DNA from: Candidatus Latescibacterota bacterium
GTDB lineage: Bacteria > Latescibacterota > UBA2968 > UBA8231
Reading direction: 5' to 3'
Assembly: GCA_965197905.1 (NCBI GenBank)
Contig: CBDAOB010000002.1
Location: forward strand, 288,001-352,000
Length of the DNA stretch: 64,000 nt
How positions within the stretch are numbered: the stretch's first letter is position 1; each line of letters starts with the position of its first letter. The translations under genes were made by a program, and so were the position numbers. This document shows positions 34,680 to 44,076 of this stretch, in pieces. The notes below the pieces were generated by a model that was not told the DNA's origin, made no database searches, and saw only the letters and a list, made by a program, of their open reading frames with translations.

Positions 34680-35390
34680 CTAATAACAGGAACCCATTGG
34701 AAATTTGAAAAACACCTTCTGGCCCCGTTCCAGATAAACGGGCGCATCGACCGGGTACTCCACACTGCATAAAATGCCACGCTGATGCTCTGCATGGGCC
34801 ACGAAATTTTTGGTCAGAGAGGTATCATCATATGCTTTTGCGACGGCACGTCCTGTACGGCTGCAACCCTTTTGCTGGATATATTGGATCAGCGTTGCAA
34901 CAGGGGGCGTCGACGGCGCATCGGCATCCGGGGGCGCCATAACGAAATAGGTGTTCAGGGGCACATCGGAGATCGAAAAGGGCTCACCGTCTTCGCGGCC
35001 GATCACGAGATTCGCCCCGAGCAGTTCAGGTGTTATTTCAACATCGAGATGCTGACTCAACAACGTACACTCATAGGGAGAGACGGCAAAGATCTGCCGG
35101 CGGTTTACGATGGATGCGCCGGTATTTTTATAGAGCGGAGCTTCCCGGCCTGTGGAAGGTCTCGTGAGACCCCGATGCCGGTCACTTGCGACACCGTGGC
35201 AGTCGACGGAGAGTCGGTCAACGGACTGAGTCACAGAATGCCCGCCGGGGTTACTGGATATATCCTGATTGTCATTAGGCCCGAGAACATCCATTACAAC
35301 CCCTACCTCCGGAATGTTGGCCGATTTTAGTTTTTCCAGCTTTTCAGACTGTTTGTCGATGAACTCCGACAGGCTGTCATAAAAAAGCAT
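34680..35390 (-). CDS. MOSC-domain-like protein
   Basis: GVASDRH, NRRQIFAVS, LLGANLVI, conserved-Cys KGCSRTG, RGILCSV. Confidence 0.65.
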   Translation of the reverse strand: MLFYDSLSEFIDKQSEKLEKLKSANIPEVGVVMDVLGPNDNQDISSNPGGHSVTQSVDRLSVDCHGVASDRHRGLTRPSTGREAPLYKNTGASIVNRRQIFAVSPYECTLLSQHLDVEITPELLGANLVIGREDGEPFSISDVPLNTYFVMAPPDADAPSTPPVATLIQYIQQKGCSRTGRAVAKAYDDTSLTKNFVAHAEHQRGILCSVEYPVDAPVYLERGQKVFFKFPMGSCY

Positions 35391-35469
35391 GATTACTCAT
35401 TTCTGTTTAAAGATTAATAACCGGCTGCTCTGGCATCAGGACTTCTGAGGTCAGCCGCGCCGAGCAAGA

Positions 35470-36360
35470 GTGTCCGCTTCACCAATGACCGAGGTTACCA
35501 ACATGCACGCCAGCGCACAGCAGTACGCCGAGCACCGCCTGCCGGTCAACGGGCTTCGCCTCCACTATACAGACTGGGGTAATTCGCATCTGCCTCCAAT
35601 GCTGCTGACCCACGGCACAGTAGCTAACGCCGCTTTCTGGGACCTCGTTGCACCTGCATTTCGCGATCGATATCACGTGGTCGCGGTGACCGCCAGGGGG
35701 CGAGGCAAAAGTGACTATGCGCTCGATGGCAGGTACGGCACGGAAGACTACCTGCAGGACTTTCGTGCGCTCACTGTCGCGTTGGGTATGGAGAAGCTCG
35801 TCTACGTGGGCCAATCTCTCGGCGGGAAAGTCGGCATGCGCTACGCTTCGACGTATACGGACCAGGTAGATCGCTTAATCCTGGTCGATGTTGGCGGCGA
35901 AGCCACCACGGCTCCGATCGGCGACCCCGTAGCCGAACGCCCTGAAGTTTTCAATACGCTTGCTGAGGCCGAGACCTGGTTGAGGACATTCGACCGCTTT
36001 TCCAGGTTAAGTCAGGACGCGATGAAAATCGTTCTGCAAACCGGTTTTCACCAACTCGTCAATGAACAGTGGGCGTCCACAATGGCCCACGACCTATTGC
36101 GCCCCCGACAGGGGGGCGCTCGTAAAGAGCGACAACCGCTGTGGGACATGTGGGACACACTGCCCCGAATCTCGTGTCCGACTCTCCTCATTCACGGCTC
36201 TTTGAGCGATGTGTTGTCCAAGGAGATGGCCGTGCGGACCCGCAACGCTATTCCCGATTGCAAACTGGTGGAAATAGAGGCGGGGCACCTTGCCCATCTA
36301 GAAAACCCGAACGAGTTCATATCGTTGGTGAGAAAATTTCTGGTCTCCAAGCGTCGATAG
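35470..36360 (+). CDS. Alpha/beta hydrolase
   Basis: LHYTDWG, THG, RGRGKSD, GQSLGG nucleophile elbow, CPTLLIHG, AGHLAHLE. Start may be 35485 or 35503. Confidence 0.9.
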   Translation: MSASPMTEVTNMHASAQQYAEHRLPVNGLRLHYTDWGNSHLPPMLLTHGTVANAAFWDLVAPAFRDRYHVVAVTARGRGKSDYALDGRYGTEDYLQDFRALTVALGMEKLVYVGQSLGGKVGMRYASTYTDQVDRLILVDVGGEATTAPIGDPVAERPEVFNTLAEAETWLRTFDRFSRLSQDAMKIVLQTGFHQLVNEQWASTMAHDLLRPRQGGARKERQPLWDMWDTLPRISCPTLLIHGSLSDVLSKEMAVRTRNAIPDCKLVEIEAGHLAHLENPNEFISLVRKFLVSKRR

Positions 36361-36436
36361 GTGCAATTATCTCCAAATTCGCCGGCAGCGAAAACGGCAT
36401 CTCGTCTCTCACTAGAAATTCGGCTCGCATATCAAC

Positions 36437-36471
36437 AAAAAAGCCCCCATCGACCAAGTGTCGATGAGGGC
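36437..36471 (-). terminator. Rho-independent terminator of the EF-hand gene
   Basis: GCCCCCATCGAC-5 nt-GTCGATGAGGGC hairpin with A6 on the left (U-tract on the minus strand). Confidence 0.75.
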
Positions 36472-36506
36472 CTCTGTATGGTGCGTGCTCTTAGCGCATT
36501 ATTCTT

Positions 36507-37214
36507 TTACGGACCGGCCGGATAGTCGACAAAGCTAACAGTGAAGACTGCGGCCGGGATATCGGATACCAGCAACTGGATCTGGTAAATCCCCTCGGTC
36601 AGGACCAGGGCCTCAAAAGCGGCCTGGCCGTCGTCGATCGAGTGCCAGACGACATCGCCGCTGCCATCGTTGATGATCTGGAACTCGTTGACCAGCGTCT
36701 CGATATCGGCGCCGGTGACTTCGAGCATAAAGCAGCCAGCCTCGCGCCCCGCGGGGAGGCTGATGGCCTCATTGGCGGGGCCCGGCGCCACCGAAACCGA
36801 GCGGACCACCTGGTTGCCGACATTGCCGCCGCACTCGCCCTCTGCCCATTCCTCGCCTTCCGGCGGCGGCTCTCCACCCTCCGGCGGGGGTTCCCCACCC
36901 TCTTCGGGCCCCATAAATAGAATGTGGGCCCAGGACACCCAGGCGCGCAGTTCCTCTTTGCTCACGACGCCGTCGCCATTGGCATCCATCCCGTCGTGGA
37001 AGTGGTCGGCGAGCCAACCCTTGGCCTCTTCGGGATCTGCGGGCGGTTCACCGGGATCTTCGGGCCCTACGAAGTCCGGCGGCGGCATCAAGATCAGCTG
37101 CGGTGTGTCCGGCGGGGGGGGCGGGGGCGGCTCTCCACCTTCGTGGTGGTCGGCCAGCGCGGGCCCGGCGCCCAGCGCCAGGGCGCTGGCGATCAAGATG
37201 ATATTCCTCAACAT
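36507..37214 (-). CDS. Secreted acidic Pro/Glu-rich EF-hand protein
   Basis: GAGGAGG RBS, signal peptide ending ALA, DANGDGVVSKEE EF-hand loop, EGGEPPP repeats. Confidence 0.75.
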   Translation of the reverse strand: MLRNIILIASALALGAGPALADHHEGGEPPPPPPPDTPQLILMPPPDFVGPEDPGEPPADPEEAKGWLADHFHDGMDANGDGVVSKEELRAWVSWAHILFMGPEEGGEPPPEGGEPPPEGEEWAEGECGGNVGNQVVRSVSVAPGPANEAISLPAGREAGCFMLEVTGADIETLVNEFQIINDGSGDVVWHSIDDGQAAFEALVLTEGIYQIQLLVSDIPAAVFTVSFVDYPAGP

Positions 37215-37326
37215 GACAAACCCTCCTCAAGGATTAATCGGCGCGATGACCTGGATCCGCTTCTTTGCGGCTTGGGGATTCGCGTCGGTTGATAATAAAA
37301 ATATCGGTGGCGCCAGACTTTATTGC

Positions 37327-37378
37327 CGTGAGGCAGATCACACACATAAACTTTTATTTTAGTGTGAGATAGATCACA
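37327..37378. promoter_or_regulatory. Two CRP/FNR-family boxes
   Basis: CGTGA-GGCAGA-TCACA (37327-37342) and TGTGA-GATAGA-TCACA (37363-37378) in an AT-rich intergenic region. Confidence 0.7.
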
Positions 37379-37464
37379 TCCCAATGTGGGAAATGGTGGT
37401 TCTGGAACCCGGATAAGGCGGCGTCGCGCTGCCGCAGGAAGGCACCCTTCGAAGCAGGGCACGG

Positions 37465-37523
37465 AGCATCAACGCCTGTTTCATTGGTGCATTCCGCTTA
37501 TTAGATTCCGGTCATGGTATCCG
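37465..37523 (+). repeat. 59-bp imperfect direct repeat, copy 1
   Basis: AGCATCAACGCCTGTTTCATTGGTGCATTCCGCTTATTAGATTCCGGTCATGGTATCCG matches 39642-39700. Confidence 0.85.
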
Positions 37524-37622
37524 ATCTGACAGCTTCTCAAGACCTGGGGTGTCCGTAACGGCGCGCCGGCTGCAGGGTGATACGTTCGTAACGAAATCGC
37601 ACTCTGAATTGGAGGCATTAAA

Positions 37623-39551
37623 ATGGCTGCTTCACGTGCAAAACCGGTGAAGGTCCCTGGATTGGTCGAGGTCAAGGCAACACAGGTTTCGCCACCCCCC
37701 GGATGGGCGCTCCTGGAACACCGGTTGATGAAACTCATGGAGGAGGCGGTTCCTCCCATGGTCGACAAATATGCTGAAAAGGGCGGCGCCTTCTACTATG
37801 CTGACCATGTGGACGATATCTACGAAATGGCGTACAACTGGAGCCTGTTCTACGCCATGGGGGCAGGCAAACAGGTGCTCGATCTGGCGCTGCAGCAATG
37901 GCATGCAACCACCCGTTTCTTCGCAGACGATATCGTCAGCCGCATCCACCCGCACTTCAGAGCTCAGATCCGCAACGAATACTTTAACCTGGTTACGCCC
38001 GGTGGCAGCGAGTGGTACCACAAAGGCGAGGCCAACATGGCGTTCTACCATTTTGGGCTGGCCGATCCCACGATCTCGGAAAACGTGCGTCGCGCGAGGC
38101 GATTTGCGGCCCTGTACATGGACGAGGATCCCGATGCCCCCAATTACGATCCTCAGCACAACATCTTCCGCTCCCCTGTACAGTCGAGCGTCGGTCCCCT
38201 GCGCCACGCAAATCTCGAACATACCCTCGGGTGGCTTCACGGTGGAGGGAATAATCACTACTACGGTGTGCGGGCGACGCTCTATCCGCTGGTCAAGGAC
38301 CTGGAGCCGGAATGGCACGAGGAGCCTGAGCGCCGCGATCAGATCCTGAAGCTGTTCGACGAAGTCGTCCTCAAGGGGGACATTCCCAATAGCCTGGGCG
38401 CCACCGCCCTCATTACCAACGCCTACCTCTACACCGGCGAGGACAAATACAAGCAGTGGGTCCTGAACTACACCGAAGGCTGGTTGGAGCGCATGCAACG
38501 CAACGGCGGCATCATGCCCGACAACGTCGGACCCACCGGCCAGATCGGCGAAAACCGTCAGGGCCAGTGGTGGGGCGGGCTCTACGGCTGGAACAGCTTT
38601 GTCGGCAACTACATCATGTTCTGCTCGCTCACTATTGCCGCCGAATGCGCCCTCCTGCTTTCCGGCGACTTCGGCTATCTGGAATTGCTGCGCTCGCAGA
38701 TCAGGCTCCTGATGGACAACGCCATCACCCGCGAAGACGGCCAACTCCTGCTGCCGGCCCGTTATGGCCCGGATGGCTGGGAGTACGCTATGGAGAATCT
38801 CGATCGTGAGAAGGGCAGGTTCGTGCCGTTCCGCATGCAGGAGCTGGCCCACCTTTACCATGCCTCCTTGGCGGCCGAAGATTACGATCTCATCACCAGA
38901 ATACGCGAGACCGACAAAGAGCGCGATTGGAATCACGTGCCGGTCCTCGGAGAAAAGAGCTACGGCGACACCGAACTGGCCCGCTTCCAGTACTATGACG
39001 GCAAGAACCCCGACTGGCCCGAGAAGATCCTGCGGGCGGAGTACCACAATGCCCAGACTGCCTTCGAGTCGATACAAAACGAAACCCGCGATGCCCACAC
39101 CCTGATCGCGGACAACGACGGTCCCCCCGCTCCGGTTTACACCAAGGGTTTGACGCAGGTGATGATGGGCGCACCGCAATCTGTGTACACGGGCGGGCTC
39201 TTGCGCGCGACCGTGCGCTACTTCGATTCAGACCGCACTCGGCCCGGCCTGCCTCCCGACGTAGTCGCTCTGGTCGACAAAGTGGAAGCCGAGGGTGCGG
39301 GTGTGCATTTGGTCAACCTGAATGCCGGTGAGACGCGAAACCTGATCGTGCAAGCCGGGGCCTTTGCCGAGCACCAGTTTGTCGACCTGACGTATGAAGA
39401 TCAGACCGTCCCCGTGGAGTCGAAGTACTTCGCGGTTCAACTGCCACCCGCTGCATCCATCCGGCTGGATGTGGGCATGCGCCGCTTTGCCCACCGTCCC
39501 ACCTATGCTTTTCCCTGGCACGGAGACAAGATTCCAGTGCCGTACCAGTAG
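37623..39551 (+). CDS. Hypothetical cytoplasmic protein, possibly alpha/alpha-toroid enzyme
   Basis: 642 aa, GGAGG RBS, DDIYExxYNW, WYHKGE, PDNVG…WWGG motifs. Function unknown. Confidence 0.7.
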   Translation: MAASRAKPVKVPGLVEVKATQVSPPPGWALLEHRLMKLMEEAVPPMVDKYAEKGGAFYYADHVDDIYEMAYNWSLFYAMGAGKQVLDLALQQWHATTRFFADDIVSRIHPHFRAQIRNEYFNLVTPGGSEWYHKGEANMAFYHFGLADPTISENVRRARRFAALYMDEDPDAPNYDPQHNIFRSPVQSSVGPLRHANLEHTLGWLHGGGNNHYYGVRATLYPLVKDLEPEWHEEPERRDQILKLFDEVVLKGDIPNSLGATALITNAYLYTGEDKYKQWVLNYTEGWLERMQRNGGIMPDNVGPTGQIGENRQGQWWGGLYGWNSFVGNYIMFCSLTIAAECALLLSGDFGYLELLRSQIRLLMDNAITREDGQLLLPARYGPDGWEYAMENLDREKGRFVPFRMQELAHLYHASLAAEDYDLITRIRETDKERDWNHVPVLGEKSYGDTELARFQYYDGKNPDWPEKILRAEYHNAQTAFESIQNETRDAHTLIADNDGPPAPVYTKGLTQVMMGAPQSVYTGGLLRATVRYFDSDRTRPGLPPDVVALVDKVEAEGAGVHLVNLNAGETRNLIVQAGAFAEHQFVDLTYEDQTVPVESKYFAVQLPPAASIRLDVGMRRFAHRPTYAFPWHGDKIPVPYQ

Positions 39552-39641
39552 TGTGCCTATATAGCCCTCGTCTTGAACGCAGTGCTGCAGGTTCATCACA
39601 AGGGTAGATAAGAGATTCTTGGAGATGTGACCGACGTCCAT

Positions 39642-39700
39642 AGCATCAACACCTGTTCCTTTGGTTCATTCCGCTTATTAGATTCAAACCATGGTAACCG
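39642..39700 (+). repeat. 59-bp imperfect direct repeat, copy 2 (lhr leader and start codon)
   Basis: AGCATCAACACCTGTTCCTTTGGTTCATTCCGCTTATTAGATTCAAACCATGGTAACCG. Confidence 0.85.
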
Positions 39701-42700
39701 CTGTAGCAGATTCCCAGACTGTACTGGATCAGTTCCACCCGGCGGTGCAGGGGTGGTTCAAAGAGACCTTTGAGGCCCCGACCTCCATTCAGGAGCGCGC
39801 CTGGGAGGAGTTCACCAACCGCACTCATACACTGATTGCTGCCCCTACCGGTTCGGGTAAGACACTGGCTGCTTTCCTTGCCGCCATCGACGATCTGGTC
39901 CAGCAGGCAGTGGCCGGTACGCTGTCGCAAGCAACCCAGATCCTCTACGTCTCGCCGCTCAAAGCGCTCAGCAACGACATCGAGAAGAACCTCCAGCTCC
40001 CACTTCGGGGAATCGAGGAGCGGCTGACTTCCGACATGCCGCATCAGGCGATCGAAGTCATGGTCCGCACCGGAGACACGCCGCAGGCGGCGCGAACCAT
40101 GATGGCCAAATCGCCGCCCCATATCCTCGTCACCACCCCCGAGTCCCTCTACCTGCTTCTGACCAGCGAAAGTGGGCGCAACATGCTGTCGACGGTGCAA
40201 ACGGTCATTGTCGACGAGATTCACGCCGTCGTCGGCAACAAACGGGGCTCGCACCTGGCTCTTTCCCTGGCGCGGCTGGACGGATTGGTGATGGGTGACC
40301 TGGTCCGGATCGGTCTATCGGCGACCCAGCGCCCTATCGAAAGGGTCGCCGGATTTCTGGTGGGTCGCGAGGCAGCGGGCGATGAGGTTTCCTGCACCAT
40401 CGTCGATGCGGGTCATCGCCGCCATATGGATGTCGGCATCGAGGTGCCGCCTTCGCCGTTGACGGCGGTTATGCCGAACGAGGTCTGGGATGAGATCTAT
40501 GAGCGGCTCGAGGCCCTCATCCTGGAACACGAGACAACCCTGATCTTCGTGAACACCCGCAGGTTGGCCGAGCGCATGGCGTTCAATCTGAGCGCGCGGC
40601 TGGGTCCTGAAATGGTCACCGCCCATCACGGCAGCATGTCGAAGGAGCACCGCCTGGATGCCGAACAGCGGCTGAAGAGTGGCTCGCTTAGGGCGCTCGT
40701 GGCCACGGCCGCGCTGGAATTGGGCATCGACATCGGCTCGATCGATCTGGTCTGCCAGATGGGGTCGCCGCGCTCGATCGCCGGTCTGTTGCAGCGCGTC
40801 GGACGGTCCGGGCACACGGTGCACGGGACACCGAAGGGACGATTGTTTCCGCTCAGTCGCAACGATCTGGTGGAATGCGCGGCTTTGCTCCAGGCGACCC
40901 GTCTGGGTGAGCTGGACCAGACGACCATTCCACAGAAACCGCTGGACGTGCTGGCCCAGCAAATCGTCGCCGAGCTGGCCTGCAGGGACTACTCCGAAGA
41001 TGAGCTGTTCGACCTGGTACGCCGAGCCCTTCCATACGCGGATCTGACCCGGCGGGAGTTTGACGAAGTGCTGGCCATGTTGAGCCAGGGTTTCTCCACG
41101 CGCAACGGCCGGCGCAGTGCCTACGTTCACCACGACATGGTCAATCAACAGCTGAAGGGCAGGAAGAACGCCCGCCTGACCGCGCTGATTGCGGGTGGCG
41201 TTATTCCCGACAACTTCGACTGCGACGTGATTCTCGAGCCCTCCAACACCTTCATCGGAACCCTAAACGAGGATTTCGCTATCGAGAGCATGGCGGGAGA
41301 CGTCTTTCAGCTGGGCAACAATTCGTGGCGAATTCTGCGCACGCAGATGGGCAAGGTTTTTGTCGAGGACGCCCAGGGACTATCGCCTTCCATCCCGTTC
41401 TGGCTGGGTGAGGCACCCGGCCGCACCGACGAGCTCTCTTCTGCGGTCTCGCGCCTGATGGAAACTGCCGACAAAACGCTGGCGACGGCAGAGGTGGAAT
41501 CACTGGAGGGGAGCGTGAAGGTGGCCACCCAGTTGGTGGAGGAGACCGGAGTTTGTCGGGAGGGAGCCGAACAGATAGCCGCCTACCTGGCAGCGGGGCG
41601 GGCGGCGCTGGGTGCCATGCCGACCCACGAGCGCATCGTCATGGAGCGCTTCTTCGACGAGGCAGGCGATATGCACCTTGTCATCCACTCGGTGTTCGGC
41701 AGCCGCCTCAACCGGGCGTGGGGGTTGGCCTTGCGCAAGCGCTTTTGCCGCAAATTCAACTTCGAGCTGCAGGCGGCGGCGACCGAAGAGGGCATCATTC
41801 TCTCGCTGGGTTCAACCCACAGCTTCCCACTGGATGAGGTTTTTGACTATCTGAATCCGGCCACGGTCCGCGACGTTCTGATCCAGGCACTGCTCGACTC
41901 GCCGATGTTTCAGATCCGCTGGCGCTGGAACGCCGCTAACGCTCTGGCCATTCCGCGGCGGCGCAACGGCAAGCGGGTAGCCCCGATTCTGCAGCGGATG
42001 CAGGCGGAAGATCTGATCGCCGTCGTTTTTCCCGATCAGCTGGCCTGCGTCGAAAACATCGCCGGGGAGCGCGAGTTGCCCGATCACCCGATCGTTAACC
42101 AGACCATTGGCGACTGCCTGCACGAAGCCATGGACGTGGAGCGTTTGGAGCAGATCCTCACCCGGATGCAGTCGGGGCAGATCGAGGTCGTGGCTCGAGA
42201 CCTGCGGGAACCATCCCCGTTGTCAGAGGCAATGGTCACGGCTCGCCCGTATGCCTTTCTGGACGACGCGCCGCTGGAGGAACGCCGCACCCACGCCATT
42301 CGCAATCGCCGCTGGATCGATCCGGCCGAGGCGGCGCAGTTCGGCATGCTCGATGCGGCCGCTATCGCTTCGGTTCGGGCCGAAGCCTGGCCCGAGGTTC
42401 GCGATGCCGATGAGCTTCACGACGCTCTCGTGCTATGCGGTTTTCTGTCTGCCTCGGAGGGGGAACGGGGCGACGAGGAGCAGAGCTGGCAGCCTTTCTT
42501 CGAGCCGCTCACCGAAACCGGCAGAGCAGCGGTGTTTGCGGCTGCCGGTCGCCAGTTCTGGGTCGCCACAGAACGCAGCACCCAACTGAACGATCTTCAC
42601 CCCGAAGGCGACTTTGAGCCGCCGTTGGTAGTGCCGGAACGTCTGCAAATGCAAATAGCGGATCAGGACAGTCTCGTCGAGATCCTGCGATCGCGCCTGG

Positions 42701-44040
42701 AAGCCCTCGGCCCGGTGACAGTCGAAGAGCTGGCGCAGAGCATTAGCCTGGACTCCTCCAGGATAGAGAGCGCCTTGCTGGCGCTGGAGAACGAGGGCGC
42801 CATTTTCCGCGGGCAGTTCACCGGCGGCCAGCAGCAGGAGTGGTGCGATCGTCGCTTACTGGCGCGCATCCACCGGTACACCTTGAACCGCTTGCGCAAA
42901 GAGATCGAACCGGTATCCCCCGCAGACTTCATGCGCTTTCTGTTCTCCTGGCAGTGCCTCGGCGCCGACGCCATGGAAGGCCCGGCCTCCGTGGCCAAGG
43001 TGATCGACCAGCTGGAAGGGTACGAAGCGCCGGCGGCCGCGTGGGAAGGGGACCTCTTGCCCGCGCGCATCGGAGATTACGATTACGCCTGGCTCGATGA
43101 GCTCTGCAACTCAGGGCAACTGGTTTGGGGGCGACTACACCCGCAGAGCAATGGCAAGTCGCCGGCCGGACCGATCAAGACCACGCCGATCTGTTTCGCA
43201 AATCGACCGAACCTTTCCACCTGGCTTGGTAGCACACGTAGTGAGACGATACAAAACCTGACGCAGCCGGCTCGAGAGGTCCTGGAGCTCCTGGGTTCAC
43301 AGGGGGCTCTGTTTTTCGACGAGGTTAGAGTTCGAACCGGCTTGCTGGAGGACCACGTAGAGCAGGGAATCAGCGAGCTGGTAGCTCGAGGTCTGTTGAC
43401 CTCGGACAGCTTCGTCGGCCTGCGTGCTTTCCTTGTCGATGCCAAGTTCAGGTCTAGCCGACGGCAGTCGCGGCGCCAGGTCTTTACGATGCAGATGGCC
43501 GGCCGCTGGTCGATCCTTCCGGAGCCACCCGAGGAGAGAGCCGGCGAAGGGCTGATGGCCATGGCTCGTACCTTGCTCCGCAGATACGGCGTCGTCTTTC
43601 GCAAGCTGGCAGCTCACGAAGGAAACGCACCATGGCGCGACCTGGTGCGGGTCTTCCGGACCATGGAAGCTCGCGGGGAAGCTCGTGGGGGCCGCTTCGT
43701 TGGTGGTGTCTGGGGAGAGCAATTCGCTCTACCCGAAGCGATACCTCGACTTCGAAGGATCTCACGCGAGTCGGGCAGCGCCGCCCTGGTCGCCGTCAGT
43801 GCCGCCGATCCGCTCAATCTTACGGGTATCATCACGCCCGGCCCGCGGGTACCTGCTATCTTCAGTAATCGAATCCTCTACCGGAATGGTGTGCCGATTG
43901 CCGCCAAGGAAGGCAAGAACATCCGTTTCCTGGTCGACCTGCCTCAGTCCGAGCAATGGGAGCTGCAGAAGAAACTGGTGCAGCGAAAGATCTCCACGAA
44001 GATCCGGCCTCATCTGGGGCGTGGAGTGGGCTGGCAGTAA
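39691..44040 (+). CDS. lhr: Lhr-family DEAD/DEAH-box helicase (long form)
   Basis: APTGSGKT, YVSPLKAL, TTPESL, DEIH, GLSAT, HHGS, LELGIDIG, QRVGRSGH, C-terminal GRFVGG..GEQFA region. Confidence 0.92.
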   Translation: MVTAVADSQTVLDQFHPAVQGWFKETFEAPTSIQERAWEEFTNRTHTLIAAPTGSGKTLAAFLAAIDDLVQQAVAGTLSQATQILYVSPLKALSNDIEKNLQLPLRGIEERLTSDMPHQAIEVMVRTGDTPQAARTMMAKSPPHILVTTPESLYLLLTSESGRNMLSTVQTVIVDEIHAVVGNKRGSHLALSLARLDGLVMGDLVRIGLSATQRPIERVAGFLVGREAAGDEVSCTIVDAGHRRHMDVGIEVPPSPLTAVMPNEVWDEIYERLEALILEHETTLIFVNTRRLAERMAFNLSARLGPEMVTAHHGSMSKEHRLDAEQRLKSGSLRALVATAALELGIDIGSIDLVCQMGSPRSIAGLLQRVGRSGHTVHGTPKGRLFPLSRNDLVECAALLQATRLGELDQTTIPQKPLDVLAQQIVAELACRDYSEDELFDLVRRALPYADLTRREFDEVLAMLSQGFSTRNGRRSAYVHHDMVNQQLKGRKNARLTALIAGGVIPDNFDCDVILEPSNTFIGTLNEDFAIESMAGDVFQLGNNSWRILRTQMGKVFVEDAQGLSPSIPFWLGEAPGRTDELSSAVSRLMETADKTLATAEVESLEGSVKVATQLVEETGVCREGAEQIAAYLAAGRAALGAMPTHERIVMERFFDEAGDMHLVIHSVFGSRLNRAWGLALRKRFCRKFNFELQAAATEEGIILSLGSTHSFPLDEVFDYLNPATVRDVLIQALLDSPMFQIRWRWNAANALAIPRRRNGKRVAPILQRMQAEDLIAVVFPDQLACVENIAGERELPDHPIVNQTIGDCLHEAMDVERLEQILTRMQSGQIEVVARDLREPSPLSEAMVTARPYAFLDDAPLEERRTHAIRNRRWIDPAEAAQFGMLDAAAIASVRAEAWPEVRDADELHDALVLCGFLSASEGERGDEEQSWQPFFEPLTETGRAAVFAAAGRQFWVATERSTQLNDLHPEGDFEPPLVVPERLQMQIADQDSLVEILRSRLEALGPVTVEELAQSISLDSSRIESALLALENEGAIFRGQFTGGQQQEWCDRRLLARIHRYTLNRLRKEIEPVSPADFMRFLFSWQCLGADAMEGPASVAKVIDQLEGYEAPAAAWEGDLLPARIGDYDYAWLDELCNSGQLVWGRLHPQSNGKSPAGPIKTTPICFANRPNLSTWLGSTRSETIQNLTQPAREVLELLGSQGALFFDEVRVRTGLLEDHVEQGISELVARGLLTSDSFVGLRAFLVDAKFRSSRRQSRRQVFTMQMAGRWSILPEPPEERAGEGLMAMARTLLRRYGVVFRKLAAHEGNAPWRDLVRVFRTMEARGEARGGRFVGGVWGEQFALPEAIPRLRRISRESGSAALVAVSAADPLNLTGIITPGPRVPAIFSNRILYRNGVPIAAKEGKNIRFLVDLPQSEQWELQKKLVQRKISTKIRPHLGRGVGWQ

Positions 44041-44076
44041 ACCGACTTGATGCCGAGCAATCCAAGGAGAACGCAT

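Noticed and set aside
34286..34680. Short ORFs between the enhancer and the MOSC gene
   Set aside because: No RBS, motif or coding-like composition that I can support.
37632..39179. 515-aa antisense ORF
   Set aside because: Mirror of the plus-strand gene, which has the RBS and natural composition.
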